From Anaerohalosphaeraceae bacterium (GTDB lineage Bacteria > Planctomycetota > Phycisphaerae > Sedimentisphaerales > Anaerohalosphaeraceae): DNA of 64,000 nucleotides. The stretch covers positions 288,001 to 352,000 of the forward strand of contig CAXXSL010000011.1 of the NCBI GenBank assembly GCA_963675525.2, written 5' to 3'. This document shows positions 58,537 through 64,000 of this stretch, piece after piece. Below the pieces are notes generated by a model. The model saw only the letters and a program-made list of their open reading frames with translations. It did not search any database and had not been told where the DNA came from. Every line of letters starts with the position of its first letter. Position 1 is the stretch's first letter. The position numbers were made by a program, and so were the translations under genes.

Positions 58537-59049
58537 TTATTCTTGTGCGGCAGGCGGTACAAAAACGCGCTGTCCCATTTCCTTATCTAGCATATACAAG
58601 CCGCCGGCTGTCTGTCCAACAATTTCAAGTTTACCCAAAACGTCCATGGCTGTTGCTTCTTCCTCGATTTGCTCGTTGACAAACCACTGAAGAAACATGT
58701 TGGCCGCATGGTCCTTTTCTTCGATCGCGATATCCACCAAACCGTTGATCAGGCCTGTGACAATCTGTTCATGTTTCAGCCCGGCTTCGAAGACCGCCTT
58801 GACGCTGTTCCATTGGACCGGTGGGGCATCGATCGCCGTCAGCACGACACTGCCGTCGCGTTCGATAATATGGCCGTAAAACTTCGCGGCATGGGTCATT
58901 TCCTCCTGGGCCTGAATCCGCATCCAATTGGCAAAACCGGGAAGGTTCATCTTTTCCAGCGCCGCAGACATCGACCAATATAAATAGGCCGAATAAGTTT
59001 CGGCATTGATCTGTTGATTAAACGCCTGCTCTATCTTTTTGTTTATCAT
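58537..59049 (-). CDS. ftnA: Ferritin
   Basis: QINAETYSAYLY, QAQEEMTHA, FLQWFVNEQIEEE. Confidence 0.95.
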   Translation of the reverse strand: MINKKIEQAFNQQINAETYSAYLYWSMSAALEKMNLPGFANWMRIQAQEEMTHAAKFYGHIIERDGSVVLTAIDAPPVQWNSVKAVFEAGLKHEQIVTGLINGLVDIAIEEKDHAANMFLQWFVNEQIEEEATAMDVLGKLEIVGQTAGGLYMLDKEMGQRVFVPPAAQE

Positions 59050-59099
59050 GGGTTTCTCCTACACTGCCGGAAAACATCCGCGTGTTTCCATAGGTTCTT

Positions 59100-59474
59100 T
59101 TATGCTTTCCACAATCCGTGCAGATTACAATGTTCACGGGCACTGACCTGGGTCGCTGTGACCATAAAGGTCGCCTCCGGTGCATCGCCCGGACTGAGGA
59201 ATTGACGATAAGCCTTTCCATCGGCCAACAATTCAATCCATTCAATAGAATGCTCATCTGTCATCGGATGCGCAACGGAGCCGATCTTAACCGTGTAGCC
59301 GCCGCTGATCTTTTCGATAACGGGCACATGTTTTTCTTTTGCCGCGTCAGTCGTGTTCTCGGTCAGTTTCTTCATCGGCTCGCCGCAGCAAACCAGTTCA
59401 CCGTCACCACCATGAAGGACCTCGACAATATTTCCACATAATGAACACTTATAAATCTCAAGTTTAGCTGCCAT
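59100..59474 (-). CDS. dfx: Desulfoferrodoxin (superoxide reductase)
   Basis: YKCSLCGN...CCGEPM, EKHVP, HPM...H.IEW, CNLHGLW. Confidence 0.96.
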   Translation of the reverse strand: MAAKLEIYKCSLCGNIVEVLHGGDGELVCCGEPMKKLTENTTDAAKEKHVPVIEKISGGYTVKIGSVAHPMTDEHSIEWIELLADGKAYRQFLSPGDAPEATFMVTATQVSAREHCNLHGLWKA

Positions 59475-59516
59475 TTTTAAATCCCTTTCCAAAAGTTTTC
59501 ATTTCCCTTCGGTCAA

Positions 59517-60698
59517 CTATAGAATACCTAAATCCCTGTGTTTGGCAAGGATATTATCCGCCAATTCGTCGAGCGCCGAATACGATTCTTCAGTCGCCAT
59601 GCCTTTTGACATAACCGGTTCAAAAACCTCGGCCTTTATATTCCCGGTCAGGCTGGTGATCTGCTCGACCATTTTACTGCCCCAGCCGTAAGAACCGACA
59701 ATCCCAAAGTATTTTGTCTTGGGGCGAAGGGCATTCAGTAACGCAGCACAATAAACCGCCGACGGATGAGCACCGACCAGTACCGTCGGAGAACCCAGGA
59801 TAACCGTCGCCGCATCGACCAGCTCGATCACCATCTCACCGATATCAGCCACTGTCAGGTTAAATTGTCGAACGCCAACTCCCCTGTCAATGAGTGCCTC
59901 CACAAGGTACTCGACCATCTTCTGGGTACTGTCGTGCATCGAAACATAGGGCACGACAACTTTGTTGACGACCTTTTCTTCGTCCACCCACTCTTCATAG
60001 GCCTTCATGATCATGCCTGGCCGTTGATAGACCGGGCCGTGACTGGGGGCGATCATTTTAATATCCAGCCCCTCCAGTTTTTTGAGGTTTCCGCGGATGG
60101 AACTGCGAAACGGCATCATGATTTCACCGTAATACCGTTTGGCAGCTTCACATGTTTTATGTTCGTTGGTAACAAACAGGTCCCCCGTCGCCTGGTGCGA
60201 TCCAAAGAAATCACACGAGAACAGGATACCGTCCTCCGCCATCCAGGTACTCATTGTTTCCGGCCAGTGTACCCACGGAGTATAAATAAACTGCAGGGTT
60301 TTATCGCCCAGCGAAAGCGTCTGCCCCTCTTCGATCACAATAAATCGGTCTTCTTCGAGATGCAGATGTGAGATCAGCATGTCCTTACATTTGGGATTCG
60401 TAACAACCTTCGCATCCGGATACATCATGAGCATGTCGGGAATACTGCCGGAGTGATCCTGCTCTGCGTGGTGGCTGATTATGTAATCAATATGGTCGGC
60501 ACCGGCCTTGACAAGATGATCGATCAACAGGTCAGTCATTTCCGGATCAACGGTATCCAGCAGCGCAATCTTTTCGGACCCTTTGACCAGATAAGCATTA
60601 TAACTTGTCCCATCAGGCAGCGGAATCAACTCGTCAAATAGACGGCGGTCCCAATGCTGAACGCCAACCGCATAAACATTGTTTGCTATGATTCTCAT
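59517..60698 (-). CDS. fprA: Flavodiiron protein (FprA family)
   Basis: GTSYNAY, HAEQDHSG, HWPE, SCDFFG, PSHG, C-terminal flavodoxin domain. Confidence 0.95.
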   Translation of the reverse strand: MRIIANNVYAVGVQHWDRRLFDELIPLPDGTSYNAYLVKGSEKIALLDTVDPEMTDLLIDHLVKAGADHIDYIISHHAEQDHSGSIPDMLMMYPDAKVVTNPKCKDMLISHLHLEEDRFIVIEEGQTLSLGDKTLQFIYTPWVHWPETMSTWMAEDGILFSCDFFGSHQATGDLFVTNEHKTCEAAKRYYGEIMMPFRSSIRGNLKKLEGLDIKMIAPSHGPVYQRPGMIMKAYEEWVDEEKVVNKVVVPYVSMHDSTQKMVEYLVEALIDRGVGVRQFNLTVADIGEMVIELVDAATVILGSPTVLVGAHPSAVYCAALLNALRPKTKYFGIVGSYGWGSKMVEQITSLTGNIKAEVFEPVMSKGMATEESYSALDELADNILAKHRDLGIL

Positions 60699-60730
60699 GG
60701 TGTCACCTTAATCAGTTATTGATTTCGCAA

Positions 60731-61246
60731 TTACAAAATTTCCTTGACCGCACTGACAGCCGCTTCGTAATTCGGTTCATGTGTAACCTCGGGTACAACC
60801 TGAACATACCGAACAACTCCGTCACGGTCAATCACCAGTACGGCACGGGTCAGAAGCCGAAGCCCTTTAATCAATAACCCGTACTTTGTCCCAAAGTCCG
60901 CCTGCTGATAATCCGAAACAGTTGTAACCTGTTCGATACCGGCCGCACCGCACCAGCGGTTCTGCGCAAACGGCAAATCCATACTGATCGTCAAAATAAC
61001 GACCTCTTTGCCGAGTTTGCCGGCTTCCTCGTTGAATTTCCGGGTTTGCGTATCGCAAACGGGCGTATCCAGCGAAGGAATGGCTGATATAATGACGACA
61101 CGACCCTTAAAATCTGAAAGCTTTACAGCAGAAAGGTCATTGCCTGAAACAGTAAAATCCGGAGCCGCCTGACCAACCTTGATTTCCGACCCGACAAGCG
61201 TCAGCGGGTTGCCTTTCATTGTCACTGCATTTTCTCGTTCCTGCAT
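60731..61246 (-). CDS. tpx: Thiol peroxidase (possible upstream start at 61324 adds a signal peptide)
   Basis: PSLDTPVC, ISMDLPFAQNRWC, EPNY; GAAAGGA RBS before the ATG at 61246. Confidence 0.93.
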   Translation of the reverse strand: MQERENAVTMKGNPLTLVGSEIKVGQAAPDFTVSGNDLSAVKLSDFKGRVVIISAIPSLDTPVCDTQTRKFNEEAGKLGKEVVILTISMDLPFAQNRWCGAAGIEQVTTVSDYQQADFGTKYGLLIKGLRLLTRAVLVIDRDGVVRYVQVVPEVTHEPNYEAAVSAVKEIL

Positions 61247-61413
61247 AATAGGATTCCTTTCACAACTACCGTAGTGTAATAAAATACCGCATATGATTGC
61301 AATAATCAAAAAGCGTTTTTCCATTTCCCATCACTTTTCAGTTGAATAACCGGGCTGCCGACTCTCTCTCGGCAGTCGGAAACCCGGTACGTGCCCATTC
61401 AAAACCGATTATT

Positions 61414-61986
61414 TTAGTAATTTATAGCTTCGATTTCAAAATGCGCCTGCGGATGTTCACAGGCCGGGCAGGTTCCTGGTGCTTCCAAGCCTTCATGCAC
61501 ATAACCGCAATTGCGGCAGACCCATTGCACTTTTTCGCCGCGACGGAAAACTTCGCCCTTCTGAATGTTTTTGCGGAGTTTCAAATAGCGGTCTCTGTGA
61601 CGCGCCTCGGCCACGGCAATCTTACGGAACACAGCCGCGATTTCCTTAAACCCTTCTGCATCCGCAATCTTAGCAAATCCCGGATACATTTCAGTGGTTT
61701 CATAATTTTCGCCCGCCGCCGCTTCCTGCAGGTTTTCCTCAGTGGTGCCGATGACGCCGGCCGGAAAAGCAGCACAGATTTCGACTTCGCCGCCTTCCAG
61801 AAACTTGAACAACCGCTTGGCGTGCTCTTTTTCCTGACTGGCGGTTTCTTCAAAAATCGCAGATATCTGCACAAATCCTTCTTTTTTCGCTTTGCTGGCG
61901 TAATACGTATAACGATTGCGTGCCTGTGATTCGCCACAAAATGCCGTCAGCAGATTTTTCTCCGTCTGTGTGCCTTTCAAACTCAT
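61414..61986 (-). CDS. rbr: Rubrerythrin
   Basis: GESQARNRY, EKEHAKR, CRNCGY...CPAC.HP. Confidence 0.96.
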   Translation of the reverse strand: MSLKGTQTEKNLLTAFCGESQARNRYTYYASKAKKEGFVQISAIFEETASQEKEHAKRLFKFLEGGEVEICAAFPAGVIGTTEENLQEAAAGENYETTEMYPGFAKIADAEGFKEIAAVFRKIAVAEARHRDRYLKLRKNIQKGEVFRRGEKVQWVCRNCGYVHEGLEAPGTCPACEHPQAHFEIEAINY

Positions 61987-62012
61987 CTTCAGAACCTCAC
62001 TTTCTTTTCTTA

Positions 62013-62510
62013 TTAGTTTTTGTTGATATTGTTGTTTTCTGATTCAGACTTGTTATCGCCTTGCATACATATTCCGCATAATCCTTCGAGATATACGGTT
62101 TTTCGCAATATTTGAAACTGCCCTTTCAGTTCGGCTGGTATATCGATATTGTCAAATGACTCATGGTGAATGTCAATCACTTTACCGCATTTGATACATA
62201 AAAAATGCTGGTGATCTTCCAATCCGCCATCGAAACGACGTGGTTGACCTGTCCCCTCGACAATAAAAGCCGCCCCGATCCCGGATAGCGTATGAAGAGT
62301 TCGATTGACGGTATCCAATGAAATATTACTGATTTCATCACGTACCTTCTGGTAAACCTCCTCGGCAGTAGGATGTGTGTCCATAGAAATCAAAGCTTTA
62401 TAGACCGCTATACGCTGAGGGGTAATCTTGAGGCCATTGTCTCTGCAAATACCCTCAAAATCAGATATTCTTCTATCTACATTTATATCTTCTTCGATTC
62501 CAGGCACCAT
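62013..62510 (-). CDS. perR: Fur-family regulator, PerR-like
   Basis: GLKITPQR, HPTAEE, HQHFLCIKCG, GLCGIC; heads a peroxide-defence gene string. Confidence 0.85.
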   Translation of the reverse strand: MVPGIEEDINVDRRISDFEGICRDNGLKITPQRIAVYKALISMDTHPTAEEVYQKVRDEISNISLDTVNRTLHTLSGIGAAFIVEGTGQPRRFDGGLEDHQHFLCIKCGKVIDIHHESFDNIDIPAELKGQFQILRKTVYLEGLCGICMQGDNKSESENNNINKN

Positions 62511-62539
62511 TTATCCTTTTTTTTTGTACTACTATTAAT

Positions 62540-62579
62540 TAGTTGTTATTACTATTTAGTATTTACACCTATTTGTCAA
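62540..62579 (-). promoter_or_regulatory. Putative perR promoter with an imperfect Fur/PerR-type palindrome
   Basis: Minus-strand TTGACA at 62579-62574; imperfect palindrome TAGTTGTTATTACTA at 62540-62554 in the -10/+1 region. Confidence 0.45.
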
Positions 62580-62811
62580 GTAGGTTCTCACTAAATTTGA
62601 AAATTTTTGAAAAACATCGCCCAAATCCGTTACAGTGTGATATCCATTAGACCGATAATGTTTCCATGTTATTTTACGTGACAGATGAGCCGATATATAA
62701 AAGAAATCATTGTTATTCTCCGATAAGTAATTAAAATGTTTGTTTATTATTGCTGAGATTTAAAAGTTCATATAATCGATGTTAATTTATATTTTTTGGA
62801 AAGGTTTATTT

Positions 62812-63909
62812 ATGCTGTTATTGTATTTTATTCGATTCTTGTTTTTTGTCACGGCAGCGGCACTAATGGTACTTGGGCTAAACGAAACAGCCAAAACAAC
62901 TCAGGATCTTTATGTTTTTAATATCGCCCTGGCTTTAACTGTTCTTGCGATTGTGGTCGAATGGCTGACGCCGAAAAAGTCGTTGTCCACACTGGCAGGT
63001 ATTTTTTTCGGATTGTTAGTCGGTCTTGTGATCAGCCTGGGTTTCAATAAGATTTTGGAGTTTATCAATCTTATTTCCGTCAATGCGCCTCCAACCACAT
63101 TACGAATGGCACTTTGGTTTGTCGACATCTGCATTTGCTATCTCTGTATCAGCATCGTCATACGAACAAAAGATGACTTCCGTTTTTTGGTCCCCTATGT
63201 TGAGTTCACCCGCCAAACCAAAGGGTTGCGTCCTTTGGTTCTGGATACATCTGTCATTATTGACGGCCGCATTGCCGATATCGCTGAAACAAAGCTTTTC
63301 GATGCCCCGCTGATCGTGCCGCGATTTGTTCTCAATGAGCTCCAACTCATCGCTGATTCCGGCGATAAGATCAAACGCAATCGGGGCCGCAGAGGGCTGG
63401 ACATGCTCAACAGATTGCAGCACAGTTCATTTGTCGAAGTTAAAGTGGACGACACCCCCCCGCCCGGACTCGATGAGAAGACGGAAGTGGACCAAAAACT
63501 GGTCGCTTTCACCAAAGACTGCAACGGACGGCTTGTGACCAATGACTTCAATCTGAATAAAGTTGCCTCATTGCGAGGGGTCGATGTCATCAATATCAAC
63601 GATCTGGCCAATGCGCTCAAAACCGTCACCCTGCCCGGCGAAGGAATGAGAGTGAAAATTCTCCGTCTGGGCGAAGAATCCCATCAGGGTGTCGGCTATC
63701 TCGAAGACGGAACCATGGTTGTCGTCGAAGGTGCAAACGACAGAGTCGGTCAAACCATCACCTTTACGGTTACCAGCGCACTGCAGACCTCCGCCGGACG
63801 CATGATCTTTGGAAAATTCGAAGGATATCAGACATCCGGATCCAATACCGGAAATGGCAAAAATAATCAGGACAGCCATGACCGAAAACGCTTTGTTCCG
63901 GCAAAATAA
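62812..63909 (+). CDS. Membrane PIN/TRAM-domain protein (YacL-like)
   Basis: Four TMs; LDTSVIIDGRI, RGRRGLD, TNDFNL, QGVGYLEDGTMVVV, QTSAGRMIF. Confidence 0.93.
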   Translation: MLLLYFIRFLFFVTAAALMVLGLNETAKTTQDLYVFNIALALTVLAIVVEWLTPKKSLSTLAGIFFGLLVGLVISLGFNKILEFINLISVNAPPTTLRMALWFVDICICYLCISIVIRTKDDFRFLVPYVEFTRQTKGLRPLVLDTSVIIDGRIADIAETKLFDAPLIVPRFVLNELQLIADSGDKIKRNRGRRGLDMLNRLQHSSFVEVKVDDTPPPGLDEKTEVDQKLVAFTKDCNGRLVTNDFNLNKVASLRGVDVININDLANALKTVTLPGEGMRVKILRLGEESHQGVGYLEDGTMVVVEGANDRVGQTITFTVTSALQTSAGRMIFGKFEGYQTSGSNTGNGKNNQDSHDRKRFVPAK

Positions 63910-64000
63910 ATGTGCTCTGAGGCCAACGATATCACCTTTGAGCCGTTGTCCGTTGACAGGTCTTCTTCAGACAGCCTGAAATGGAGCCGGTACAAAGACT
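63910..64000 (+). CDS. 5' fragment of a probable MalY/PatB-family PLP enzyme
   Basis: MCSEANDITFEPLSVDRSSSDSLKWSRYKD resembles the PatB N-terminal DR...S.KW motif; truncated by the window edge. Confidence 0.5.
   Translation, partial: MCSEANDITFEPLSVDRSSSDSLKWSRYKD

Noticed and set aside
43564..62510. Selenocysteine or other stop-codon recoding in the redox genes
   Set aside because: The recognised redox ORFs are full-length, with Cys at the expected positions and no in-frame TGA.

Overview
This 64-kb window most likely comes from an anaerobic planctomycete (Phycisphaerae/Sedimentisphaerales-like). That assignment is inferred from the ECF sigma/FecR pair, PEP-CTERM, H-X9-DG prepilin and dockerin-like tails. 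Layout, left to right: (1) a partial ygiQ and tRNA-Ile2(CAT); (2) a ~15-kb accessory region with integrase-tail and IS remnants, an ECF-FecR-controlled secreted glycan-processing cluster whose three large proteins share an N-terminal module, and decayed NiFe-hydrogenase and TrkH genes; (3) a trpEGDFBA operon lacking trpC, preceded by an apparently leaderless WW leader peptide and attenuator; (4) a kinase, a triple-frameshifted NtrC-type activator, a sigma-54 promoter, a sigma-region-2-only mini protein and fliA/whiG; (5) a monocistronic bacterial histone with a lysine-rich N-terminal tail, the top finding; (6) glycogen genes, an RNase Z-like gene, cspA, two orphan lipoprotein secretins with long coiled-coil tails, rimO and pgsA; (7) a ~19-kb minus-strand redox block: PerR, O2-defence genes with an embedded NqrA-less Nqr/Rnf-type complex, rubredoxin, zwf, Rex, a sensor kinase and a bifurcating-type [FeFe]-hydrogenase; (8) a PIN/TRAM gene and the start of a PatB-like gene. 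All calls come from motif recognition by eye; no database searches were run.
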